Under the pieces are notes generated by a model that was not told the origin of the DNA, made no database searches, and was given only the letters and a program-made list of their open reading frames with translations. From assembly GCA_031385545.1 (NCBI GenBank), contig JANNBN010000063.1, positions 39,252 to 103,251 on the forward strand: a stretch of 64,000 nucleotides of DNA. The letters are read 5' to 3'. A program made the position numbers and the translations under genes. Positions 1-7,934 of the stretch are shown one piece after another. This DNA comes from Acidimicrobiia bacterium. GTDB lineage: Bacteria; Actinomycetota; Acidimicrobiia; Acidimicrobiales; JANYDT01. Numbering within the stretch: position 1 is the first letter of the stretch; each line of letters starts with the position of its first letter.

Positions 1-86
1 CAACCCGATCCGTAGCGGTACGCCTACTCAGGCGTTCGGCCCGGCCACACCCGGTTGCAGTGCCTTGTCGAAACCCGCCTCCAAGG

Positions 87-211
87 CCTCAGTGTTCGTT
101 CCGTAATGATTGGGAGCCGGGCCGACGGATCGTTACGGAACGAACACAGAGGGGTGTCATACCGGCCAAGGTCAACCCCTGGCAGATCGTTACGGAACGA
201 ACACAGAGGGG
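87..211. repeat. Three copies of a 24-27 nt motif: CCTCAGTGTTCGTTCCGTAATGAT at 87-110, and its near-perfect complement GATCGTTACGGAACGAACACAGAGGGG at 128-154 and 185-211
   Basis: Read directly from the sequence. The two same-orientation copies are identical over 27 nt and lie 57 bp apart start to start. Copy 87-110 is their reverse complement with 2 mismatches, so it can pair with either of them. Confidence 0.85.
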
Positions 212-342
212 CACCCCACGGTGAGAATCGCTTCCTTCGCCGGGTTTGGTTTCGTGACGCTGGTCCCGCAAGCGACCGAACCAAACGAGCTGCCGACCAC
301 AACGACTGCTGTCAAGAGGACCGAAGCGAAGAACGGTTTCAT
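190..342 (-). CDS. Candidate 50-aa small secreted/lipoprotein-like peptide (MKPFFASVLLTAVVVVGSSFGSVACGTSVTKPNPAKEAILTVGCPSVFVP)
   Basis: Hand translation (below the 60-aa cutoff of the ORF track). It has a hydrophobic N-terminal segment followed by Cys, lies 60 nt downstream of the HK stop on the same strand, and its TAA stop sits inside repeat copy 185-211. The SD-like AAGAGG is only 1 nt from the ATG and the lipobox is non-canonical (SVAC), so support is weak. Confidence 0.25.
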   Translation of the reverse strand: MKPFFASVLLTAVVVVGSSFGSVACGTSVTKPNPAKEAILTVGCPSVFVP

Positions 343-402
343 ACCTCTTGTGACGTGTCCGGGCACCGGGCTGGTTCCCGAAATTTGCCGGGGTCGGCCC
401 AG

Positions 403-1785
403 CTACCGGGTGACCGCCGGGAGGCGAAGGGTGAATACGGCTCCGCCGCCTTCAGGCCGGTTCGCCACGTCGACCGACCCACCCGCGGCCTTGGCCGTGT
501 CGGCCACAATGGACAGCCCTAAACCTGAGCCTGAGACGGACCGGGCATCATCGGCTCGGTAGAAGCGCTCAAAGATTCGCCCAAGATCAGATGCGTCGAT
601 GCCGGGGCCATGATCGGCCACCGTCAGAACGACCTCGGCGCCCCGTCTAGCCACGCCCAACTCCACGACTGCCCCCGGTGACGAGAACTTGATTGCGTTG
701 GACAGAAGGTTGTCCACGGCACGCTGGAGTGAAAGCCCGCCCGCCGTGACGGTGAACTCGCCGGGCGGATCTATCTGCGTACTGATTGTTCTGCCCGAGC
801 GTCGCGCCCAGCGCGCCGCGCTCGCTGATGCCAGGTCGCCGAGTTCGATGTTCGACGGGACCTCGTTGCGGGCACCGTCTCCGGCGAGCGAAACGAGTTC
901 GTTGGTGATGTCGGTCAGCTCGCGCAGTTCCGAATCCAGATCGGCCAAAACGCGCTCACGCCGATCAGCAGGAAGGTCGGGCCGCCGCAACAACGAGACG
1001 TTGGTGCGGATGCTGGTCAACGGGGTACGCAGCTCGTGTCCAGCGTCCTGCACAAGGCGCGCCTGCGCGTCCCGCGATGCTCGCAGCGAACCGACCATCC
1101 CTGAGAACGCGTTGGTCAGCCGACGGGTCTCTTCCCCCGCGGCAGGCGCTGGGACCACGGCCGCGTCGAGGTCACCTGACCGGTCGATCTGCTCGGCAGC
1201 GTTGGTCAGCGCGACGATCGGTTTCGCAATGCGGCGTGCGACGGCGGCTCCCGCTGCACTAGCGAGCACGACGGCCGCAGCAGTGACCAGCGCGATGCGA
1301 GCCAAGAGGGATGCAAGGACCCGATCGCGTTCGTCGACCGATCGGGCGGCCTGAACGGCGCCGAAACCGTCGACGCCCACTGTCACGACACGCAGGTGTT
1401 CGTCGTCTACCTGGACGGTCGCAGTGTGCACGGTGTCGGCCGCGTCACGCCCCGCCGCAAGGTCTCGGTCGGCGTCGGAGACCGGCAGCAATTGGACGGG
1501 TGAGGTGTCGATGATGGACCCGTCGGGAGCAAGACATTGCACAAGCACGTCGCGGCCCGCACGGCGTGGCCCGCCGGGGCCCCGTCGGTCGCGGACCTCG
1601 ACTCCGCATGCCGCTTGCGCCGCGCCGACGTTGCCGGTCATCGGACGGATCACGTTCTCGATGGACCGGTCGATCGAGTCGTCGAACCCGTTACGCGTCA
1701 TCACATACCCAGCGGCGCCGATGAGCGCTGCAGTACTGACCACCAGCGCAGCCGTGATGGCTGCGACCTGCGCGCTGAGCTTCAC
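403..1785 (-). CDS. Sensor histidine kinase (TM-HAMP-HisKA-HATPase_c)
   Basis: H-box HELRTPLTSIRTN; N box DNLLSNAIKFS; G boxes DHGPGI and GSGLGLSIV; N-terminal TM segment. It lies 10 bp downstream of a response regulator gene. Confidence 0.9.
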   Translation of the reverse strand: MKLSAQVAAITAALVVSTAALIGAAGYVMTRNGFDDSIDRSIENVIRPMTGNVGAAQAACGVEVRDRRGPGGPRRAGRDVLVQCLAPDGSIIDTSPVQLLPVSDADRDLAAGRDAADTVHTATVQVDDEHLRVVTVGVDGFGAVQAARSVDERDRVLASLLARIALVTAAAVVLASAAGAAVARRIAKPIVALTNAAEQIDRSGDLDAAVVPAPAAGEETRRLTNAFSGMVGSLRASRDAQARLVQDAGHELRTPLTSIRTNVSLLRRPDLPADRRERVLADLDSELRELTDITNELVSLAGDGARNEVPSNIELGDLASASAARWARRSGRTISTQIDPPGEFTVTAGGLSLQRAVDNLLSNAIKFSSPGAVVELGVARRGAEVVLTVADHGPGIDASDLGRIFERFYRADDARSVSGSGLGLSIVADTAKAAGGSVDVANRPEGGGAVFTLRLPAVTR

Positions 1786-1795
1786 GTCGGATCAG

Positions 1796-2497
1796 TCACG
1801 ATCCGACGCGCACGGTGTAACCGATGCCACGAACGGTATGGAGCAGCTGCGGCTCGTCGGGAAGATCGAGTTTCCTGCGGAGGTAGCTGATGTACACCGC
1901 AAGCGTCTTTGACTCCGGGCCGAAGTCGTACTGCCACACCTGTTCGTACAGCGAGGTATGGGTGACGACCACTCCGGAATTTCGGGCTAGAGCGACCAGG
2001 AGGTCGAACTCGGTCTTGGTGAGGTCAAGCTCTCGGTCTGCTCGGAACGCTCGCCGAGCGGCTTCGTCCACCCGAAGATCGCCGACCACCAGTTCCTTCG
2101 CGACGTCGATGTGGTAGGCCATACGACGAAGCAGCGCACGCACGTTGGCCAGCAGTTCGTCGATATCGAACGGCTTCGCGAGGTAGGCATCGGCGCCGGC
2201 ATCGAGGCCGGATACCCGGTCAGACGTCTCCGTGCGCGCGGTCAGCATCAGGATTGGGGTGTGGTCACCGCGAGAGCGGAGTCGGCGGCACAGTGTGAGC
2301 CCGTCGAGGAACGGCATCATCACGTCGAGGACGATGAGGTCAGCGGTGTTCGGCGTATCACCGGACAGCCAGCCCAGCGCCTGCTGTCCGTCGGGGAAGG
2401 CCACCACGTCGTGCCCTTCGAGTTCCAGAGCTGTGGTGAGTGCGGTTCGGATTGCGCGGTCGTCTTCGGCGTACAGCACGGTTGGCATGTGGTTCAT
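1796..2497 (-). CDS. OmpR/PhoB-family response regulator
   Basis: Receiver motifs (EDD..., LIVLDVMMP, LMLTAR, KPF) and a C-terminal winged-helix (LTKTEFDLLVAL..., VRGIGY). The start could instead be the ATG 9 nt downstream (MPTVLY). Confidence 0.92.
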   Translation of the reverse strand: MNHMPTVLYAEDDRAIRTALTTALELEGHDVVAFPDGQQALGWLSGDTPNTADLIVLDVMMPFLDGLTLCRRLRSRGDHTPILMLTARTETSDRVSGLDAGADAYLAKPFDIDELLANVRALLRRMAYHIDVAKELVVGDLRVDEAARRAFRADRELDLTKTEFDLLVALARNSGVVVTHTSLYEQVWQYDFGPESKTLAVYISYLRRKLDLPDEPQLLHTVRGIGYTVRVGS

Positions 2498-2518
2498 CCT
2501 TTCCTATGAATTGGCAGT

Positions 2519-2545
2519 GGGAGGGCCGTCCAGGTCGGCCCTCCC
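2519..2545 (-). terminator. GC-rich hairpin (GGGAGGGCC-N9-GGCCCTCCC) between the secreted-protein gene and the response-regulator gene
   Basis: Perfect 9-bp stem read from the sequence. It lies 60 nt after the stop at 2605 and only about 22 nt before the RR start. There is no U-tract, which is common in high-GC actinobacteria. Confidence 0.5.
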
Positions 2546-2604
2546 ATTCAGTTCGGCTCACGCCGGCGACACACGTGCGATTCGTGCCGTGTTCAAGGCT
2601 CTCG

Positions 2605-3336
2605 TCAGGCCGCCTTGGTGGTGCTGGTCGTGCCCCACGTGCCGGCTGCTGGTCGTGCACGCTTCACGCCGTTGAGGCGGTCGAGAATGCGTGCCTTCAG
2701 GTCGGCAGCGGTTGCTTCGGGGTGCTCTGCCTGCTCTTCGACGAGGTAGGCATCGACGATTGTGTCAAGCGAAACGCCCTTGGCCGTGGCGATCTGGGCG
2801 ATCGTCTTGCCGGAGTCCATCTGCGTCTTCAACTCGGCTTCGGTCATCCCGAGGGCCTTTGCGACCGTTGCGGCATGAGCGGAGAATCCACCGTTGCCAC
2901 CCTTGCCACCACGACCGCCGCCGCCGTCACCGTGACCTCCGACAGGCATCGCGGCGATGACCGCATCGGACTGGGCCTGGGTGATGGTGCCAGCAGTTAC
3001 GAGCGGCGCAAGGACAGCCTTGCGCTTGGCGAGGCGCTCGGCATCGGTCGGCGCAGTCGTTGGCTTCGCCGTGCCCTTGGCGGGGCGGGCGGCGGCGAAC
3101 GCTGCGTGGATCGCGTCGGCCTGGGCCTGGGTGATCGTGCCAGCAGTCAAGAGGGCAGACAGGTGGTTGCCGCCTCCGCCCTTGTCGGTCTTGCCCGTGG
3201 TGGAAGAAGTTGACGAGGTCGACTTGGTCGACGTGGTGGTCGTGGAGGTCTGGGCGCCGGCGAGGCCAGCGGTACCAAGCATCACTGCGGCGCTGAGGCC
3301 GAGGGTTGCGAGGCTTTTGCGGAGGGAGTTCTTCAT
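2605..3336 (-). CDS. Secreted protein with duplicated TAGTITQAQxDA motif, Ser/Thr- and Gly-rich linkers
   Basis: Signal peptide MKNSLRKSLATLGLSAAVMLGTAGLAGAQT. Internal repeats LLTAGTITQAQADAIHAAF and LVTAGTITQAQSDAVIAAM, plus a related C-terminal segment (GKTIAQIATAKGV). I do not confidently recognise a family. Confidence 0.7.
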   Translation of the reverse strand: MKNSLRKSLATLGLSAAVMLGTAGLAGAQTSTTTTSTKSTSSTSSTTGKTDKGGGGNHLSALLTAGTITQAQADAIHAAFAAARPAKGTAKPTTAPTDAERLAKRKAVLAPLVTAGTITQAQSDAVIAAMPVGGHGDGGGGRGGKGGNGGFSAHAATVAKALGMTEAELKTQMDSGKTIAQIATAKGVSLDTIVDAYLVEEQAEHPEATAADLKARILDRLNGVKRARPAAGTWGTTSTTKAA

Positions 3337-3494
3337 CGGAGGGATTCCTTGTTCTCAGTTGGCACCGAAGCGGACCGTTCCGTTCGGGATGAAGCCAGAT
3401 TGCGGCCCGAAGGTAAAGCCAGGGTTCGCTGGAAGGTTCAGGTTTTCCTAGAAGGTCTGGCGGTCGTCCGGGCGGTTTGGGCCATAGTTGACGG

Positions 3495-4697
3495 ATGGCC
3501 CTGGACCCCCGATCGTCTGCTGCAGCCCACCTCGAGTCGGTCACGGACACGCTGCTGGCGCTGTCGCACGACCTCCATGCCAACCCGGAACTTGCGTGGG
3601 AGGAACACCGCAGTGTGGGCCGCACGGCAGAGCCGCTGAAGGCGCACAGTCGTTTTGCGGTCACCGAGAACCCTGGCGGCATCGGTACGGCATTCGTAGC
3701 AAAGGCTGGCAGCGGCCCGCTGCACATCGGTATCTGCGCCGAGTACGACGCTCTGCCCGGCATCGGTCATGCCTGCGGGCACAACATCATCGCGTCGGCA
3801 GCCGTGGGAGCAGGCCTGTTGCTCGCTGACATGGCCGACGACCTGGGCCTCACTGTCACCGTGTTCGGAACCCCTGCCGAGGAGGGCGGCGGCGGCAAAA
3901 TCACGATGCTCAATGCCGGGCTGTTCGACGGTGTGCACGCAGCGATGATGGTGCACCCGGCACCCGTCGATGCTGACCGCATGCACTGCCTCGCCGTCAG
4001 CCATTTCGACGTTCACTACCACGGCCGTAATGCGCACGCGAGTGCATTCCCGCAGGATGGTATCAACGCTGCCGACGCCATCACGGTGGCGCAGGTCGGG
4101 CTTGGGCTGCTGCGCCAGCACATCAAATCCACGGACCGCATCCACGGCATCGTGACCAAGGGCGGCGACGCGCCAAACATCGTCCCTGATCACACCATCT
4201 ACAAAGCTTATGTACGCGCACGTACTATTGCCGAGTTGCACGAACTGGAGCCACGGGTGATGAACATTTTGGCCGCCGGAGCGCTTGCGACCGGCTGCAC
4301 CCACGAGGTGGTTCGCCACTCCGACCTGTACTCGGAGTTCCTCGACGACGAGGACACGCTTGCGCTGTTCCGCTCCAACGCACAGGGTTTGGGACGCAGC
4401 TACCCGGCGGCGCAGCATCGGCGTCAGCCGCTCACGCCGCACACCGGCGAGCACGCCATCAGCGCGTCCACCGACATGGCCAACGTCAGCCTCAAGGTAC
4501 CGTCGATCCACCCGATGCTCGGCATTGAAGCCCGAGGCGCCAGCAACCATCAGCCCGGCTTCACCGCTGCATGCATCACCGAGTCAGCCGACAAGGCCGT
4601 GCGTGACGGCGCATTTTTCATGGCACTCACCTGCATCGACCTGGCCACACGACCCGAGCATCGCAACCGCCTGCTGCACAACCCCTGGCCCACCTGA
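3495..4697 (+). CDS. M20-family amidohydrolase/peptidase (AbgB / aminoacylase-like)
   Basis: HANPELAWEEHRS, EYDALPGIGHACGHNII and GTPAEEGGGGK are motifs typical of M20D amidohydrolases. Length 400 aa. Confidence 0.85.
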   Translation: MALDPRSSAAAHLESVTDTLLALSHDLHANPELAWEEHRSVGRTAEPLKAHSRFAVTENPGGIGTAFVAKAGSGPLHIGICAEYDALPGIGHACGHNIIASAAVGAGLLLADMADDLGLTVTVFGTPAEEGGGGKITMLNAGLFDGVHAAMMVHPAPVDADRMHCLAVSHFDVHYHGRNAHASAFPQDGINAADAITVAQVGLGLLRQHIKSTDRIHGIVTKGGDAPNIVPDHTIYKAYVRARTIAELHELEPRVMNILAAGALATGCTHEVVRHSDLYSEFLDDEDTLALFRSNAQGLGRSYPAAQHRRQPLTPHTGEHAISASTDMANVSLKVPSIHPMLGIEARGASNHQPGFTAACITESADKAVRDGAFFMALTCIDLATRPEHRNRLLHNPWPT

Positions 4698-4724
4698 CGC
4701 GCATCGTCGGTGGGAACTCGTACG

Positions 4725-4749
4725 CTCAGTCGCTCCGCCAGCGACTGAG
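4725..4749. terminator. Hairpin CTCAGTCGCT-CCGCC-AGCGACTGAG between convergent genes
   Basis: Perfect 10-bp stem with a 5-nt loop, located between the stop of the M20 gene (4697) and the stop of the nucleoside hydrolase gene (4777). Confidence 0.55.
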
Positions 4750-4776
4750 TGAACTATCTCCTCACCTCACCTCTCC

Positions 4777-5706
4777 TCACCGCACCGCGCTCGTGATGAG
4801 GGCACTGATCGCAGCTGAGTTCGCCGTCATCACCACCTCGGTGTTCGCTGGCACGAGAACCAGCAACGGCCGGTCGTCGATCGAGGTGCGGCCCCGGTTC
4901 GGTCCGCTGGAGCAGTCCACGCCCACGTGGCAGCGCTGCACGGTGAGCAGTTCCGGATGGGTAACCGCAACAACCGCGAGCGCATCGTGGACCGCTGCAC
5001 CTGGGAGTGTGTAGCGCTGCCGGTACTGGACGAGGTAGCTGTCCAGCAATGAAGCGAAGGCGGTGCCCCTTGGCGAGCCACGCCACGACGCGACCACAGG
5101 TTCGTCGATCGTCACGGTATGGGTGACGTTGAGGCCGGCCATGATGAAGCGCACCGTATGTGCACCGACGTATTCGACTACCTCGGCAGCTGCTTCCGGA
5201 TCGACCCAAGAATTGAACTCCGCGCACGCCGTGACGTTGCCGCCGGTGGTGGACCCACCCATCCAAGAGATCCCGGCCAGCAGTGGGCCAAGGTCGGAAG
5301 CCATCCGCAGTGCCAGCGCAATATTGGTGAGCGGACCGGTCGGCACCAACCAGCAGCCGGGGTTTGACCGGACAAGCTCGACGATGGCTGCTGCTGCATC
5401 ATCCGACGCAATGGGCACCTCGGGGTCCGGAACCACCGCACCGCCCAAGCCGTTGAGCCCGTGGTATTCCTCTGCGCGCTTCGCAACCGGTCCGGCCAGC
5501 GGATCATCCGCACCCATATGAACCGGGATATCGCTGCGGCCGAGCAGTGCCAGCACCGAGCCCGCGTTGCGGGTGGTGTGCTCCACACCCACATTTCCGC
5601 CGACGGTTGTGAGCGCGATCACGTCGCAATGCTGCACGGCGAGCGCAATCGCCAACGCGTCGTCGATTCCCGGATCGCAGTCGAGGATGATCTTCGGAAG
5701 ATTCAC
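4777..5706 (-). CDS. Inosine/uridine-preferring nucleoside hydrolase
   Basis: N-terminal DCDPGIDDALAI aspartate cluster characteristic of the IU-nucleoside hydrolase family. Length 309 aa. Confidence 0.9.
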   Translation of the reverse strand: MNLPKIILDCDPGIDDALAIALAVQHCDVIALTTVGGNVGVEHTTRNAGSVLALLGRSDIPVHMGADDPLAGPVAKRAEEYHGLNGLGGAVVPDPEVPIASDDAAAAIVELVRSNPGCWLVPTGPLTNIALALRMASDLGPLLAGISWMGGSTTGGNVTACAEFNSWVDPEAAAEVVEYVGAHTVRFIMAGLNVTHTVTIDEPVVASWRGSPRGTAFASLLDSYLVQYRQRYTLPGAAVHDALAVVAVTHPELLTVQRCHVGVDCSSGPNRGRTSIDDRPLLVLVPANTEVVMTANSAAISALITSAVR

Positions 5707-5783
5707 CGCTCTGTTCTACCTGGCTCAGGCAAGCTGTAACGCTGCTTGCGGGGTCTAGGAGGCGTTACGTCAACACCGACGCA

Positions 5784-6542
5784 TCAGCCGAGCCCGGCCT
5801 TGACCAGGGCGACCGTGCCCGAGAGGAAGAGCATCGCGAGCACCACCCGGCGGAACCGGTTCGGGTTCAGTTTTGCAAACACCTGCTCGCCGACAACGCG
5901 GCCGATGACCGTGGGGACCAGCGCCACTGCGCTCAGGACGAGCGTCTGGCGATGAACCTTTCCCGACGCGATGAACAGCGGCACAAGTACGACGTTCGTC
6001 GCCGCAAAGGACGTCTGCAGGTTCGCCCGGAACGAGCGCGGCGATGCGTCCTGCGCCGCCATCGCGATGACGAGTGGCGGGCCGTTGGTACCGGTGGTCG
6101 CTGCCAACACGCCGCTCACCAGCCCCGCAGCACCGTTGACCGCGCCGGTGCGAGACGTTCGGAACCGGAACCCTGTGGCAATCGCCAGCGCTGCACCGAT
6201 CACCGCCGTGCCCACGCCGAAACGGAGGGTTCGGTCGCTGACGCTGTTCGCGACGGCCATTCCGATCACGATGCCGACGAACGAGGCCGGTACCACGAAC
6301 CGCAGCACCGCAGGGTCTGCGTCGGCACGGTATTGCCACGCCATCACGATGGACAGGACAGCACCAGCGAACGTCTGCACGACGACCGCCTCGGTGGTGC
6401 CGATCACCAAGGACGACAGCGGGATGGCGATCAGCGCGAAACCGAACCCGCTGAGCGCCTGGGCGAACGAGCCGAGGGCGAACGAGAAGGCGACCCAGAG
6501 ATACAGCACGCCGACGGTGGAGCCGGCGAGCCCAAGCATCAC
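5784..6542 (-). CDS. TauE/SafE-family (sulfite exporter-like) membrane protein
   Basis: Polytopic membrane protein of 252 aa with a two-fold internal repeat pattern and G-rich TM helices typical of TauE/SafE. A 4-bp ATGA overlap with the upstream gene suggests co-translation. Confidence 0.8.
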   Translation of the reverse strand: MMLGLAGSTVGVLYLWVAFSFALGSFAQALSGFGFALIAIPLSSLVIGTTEAVVVQTFAGAVLSIVMAWQYRADADPAVLRFVVPASFVGIVIGMAVANSVSDRTLRFGVGTAVIGAALAIATGFRFRTSRTGAVNGAAGLVSGVLAATTGTNGPPLVIAMAAQDASPRSFRANLQTSFAATNVVLVPLFIASGKVHRQTLVLSAVALVPTVIGRVVGEQVFAKLNPNRFRRVVLAMLFLSGTVALVKAGLG

Positions 6543-7906
6543 TCGGCGGCTTCGGCCAATGCCTCGGAAAGTGCCGGGTGCACCAGCATCGACTCGGCGA
6601 CGTCGGACACCTTGAGACCGGCCGTGACGGCCAACGCGATGACACTGATGAGTTCAGCTGCGTGGCGCCCGACGATGGACCCGCCAAGCACAACGCCTGT
6701 GAGCGGGTCGGACAGGATCTTGATGAAGCCCCGAGGGTCGTTGTTGATGAGCGCCTTGGGGTTCGATGAGAACGGAACCTTGGTGACGCGGATCTTGCGT
6801 CCGGACGAGAACGCGTCGGCTTCGGCCAACCCCACATCGGCAATCTCCGGTTCGGTGAAGATGGCTGACGCCGCCTTGTCGTAGTCGAGGTGGCGGTGTT
6901 GACGCGTGTGCAGGCCCATCACATGTTCGGCAACCTTGCGGCCCTGCATCGACGCAACCGAGGCGAGCGGCAGCTTGCCCGACACGTCGCCGGCGGCGTA
7001 GATGTGATCGACGTTGGTGACGCAGTGCTGGTTGATGATCACGTACCCGCTGCGATCGACCTCGACCCCGGCGGATTCAAGACCCAGCCCGTCAGAGTTT
7101 GCGATGGAGCCGACTGCGAGCACCGCGTGCGAAGCGTTCACCACGCGACCGTCGTCGCATCGCACAACCACCCCACCGGTTGCCGGGTCACGTTCGATGG
7201 CCGTTGCCCGGGCACCCTTCAGCAGGCTGACACCACGACGCAGGAAGTCGTCTTCCAACACGGCTGCCACCTCGGGGTCCTTCTGTGGCAGCACCTGCTG
7301 GCGGCTGACGACCAGCGTGACCTTGGAGCCGAGCGACGAGAACATGTGCACGAACTCGACGCCCGTGACACCGGAGCCGACCACGACAAGGTGCGACGGG
7401 ATCTCTTTCGGCGGGTAGCAGTCGCGGGTGGTGAGGATGCGATCGTCGATGTGGACCCAGTCAGGAATGCGCGGGCGCGAACCGGTAGAGACAAGCACGG
7501 CATCGGCTTGCAGCGACTCGGTCTTTCCATCGGCCGTCGTGACGGCAATGGTGCTCGGCCCGGTGAACGACGCGCTCCCGGTGATGATGCGGATGCCCTG
7601 GCTCTGCAGCTGTGACGTGTACCCCTGGCCGAGCCGGCCGGAGATCCGGTCGATGCGTTCCTTCAACCCGTCTCGGTCGATCTCGGGGACGACATCTTCG
7701 AGGCCCATCCCGTCGAGCCGCCTTGCGAAGGACATGGCACCGCCGGTGGCGATCATCGTCTTGGACGGGATGCAGTCCCACAGGTTGGCCGCGCCCCCGA
7801 TGACGTCACGTTCGACAACGACGACATCGGCGCCCAGACGAGCGGCGTGGGTTGCGGCCTGGTGGCCTGCTGGCCCCCCGCCGATGATCACAAAACGAAC
7901 TGCCAT
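6539..7906 (-). CDS. Pyridine nucleotide-disulfide oxidoreductase, LpdA (Rv3303c)-like NAD(P)H quinone reductase type
   Basis: FAD motif IIGGGPAGHQAA. The redox-centre region reads GGAANLWDCIPSK, so only one Cys is present where true Lpd has CxxxxC. The same pattern is seen in mycobacterial LpdA. A C-terminal dimerisation domain is present. Confidence 0.82.
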   Translation of the reverse strand: MAVRFVIIGGGPAGHQAATHAARLGADVVVVERDVIGGAANLWDCIPSKTMIATGGAMSFARRLDGMGLEDVVPEIDRDGLKERIDRISGRLGQGYTSQLQSQGIRIITGSASFTGPSTIAVTTADGKTESLQADAVLVSTGSRPRIPDWVHIDDRILTTRDCYPPKEIPSHLVVVGSGVTGVEFVHMFSSLGSKVTLVVSRQQVLPQKDPEVAAVLEDDFLRRGVSLLKGARATAIERDPATGGVVVRCDDGRVVNASHAVLAVGSIANSDGLGLESAGVEVDRSGYVIINQHCVTNVDHIYAAGDVSGKLPLASVASMQGRKVAEHVMGLHTRQHRHLDYDKAASAIFTEPEIADVGLAEADAFSSGRKIRVTKVPFSSNPKALINNDPRGFIKILSDPLTGVVLGGSIVGRHAAELISVIALAVTAGLKVSDVAESMLVHPALSEALAEAAE

Positions 7907-7934
7907 CCCCTCATGCTACGGGCATCGCCCGGGG

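Noticed and set aside
128-211. A CRISPR-like pattern: two identical 27-nt repeats separated by a 30-nt spacer at the window edge.
   Set aside because: There are only two direct copies. The next unit to the left (87-110) is in inverted orientation, which CRISPR arrays never show. No further periodic copies occur in 1-86, and there are no cas genes anywhere in the window. It is better explained as a hairpin/REP-type element.
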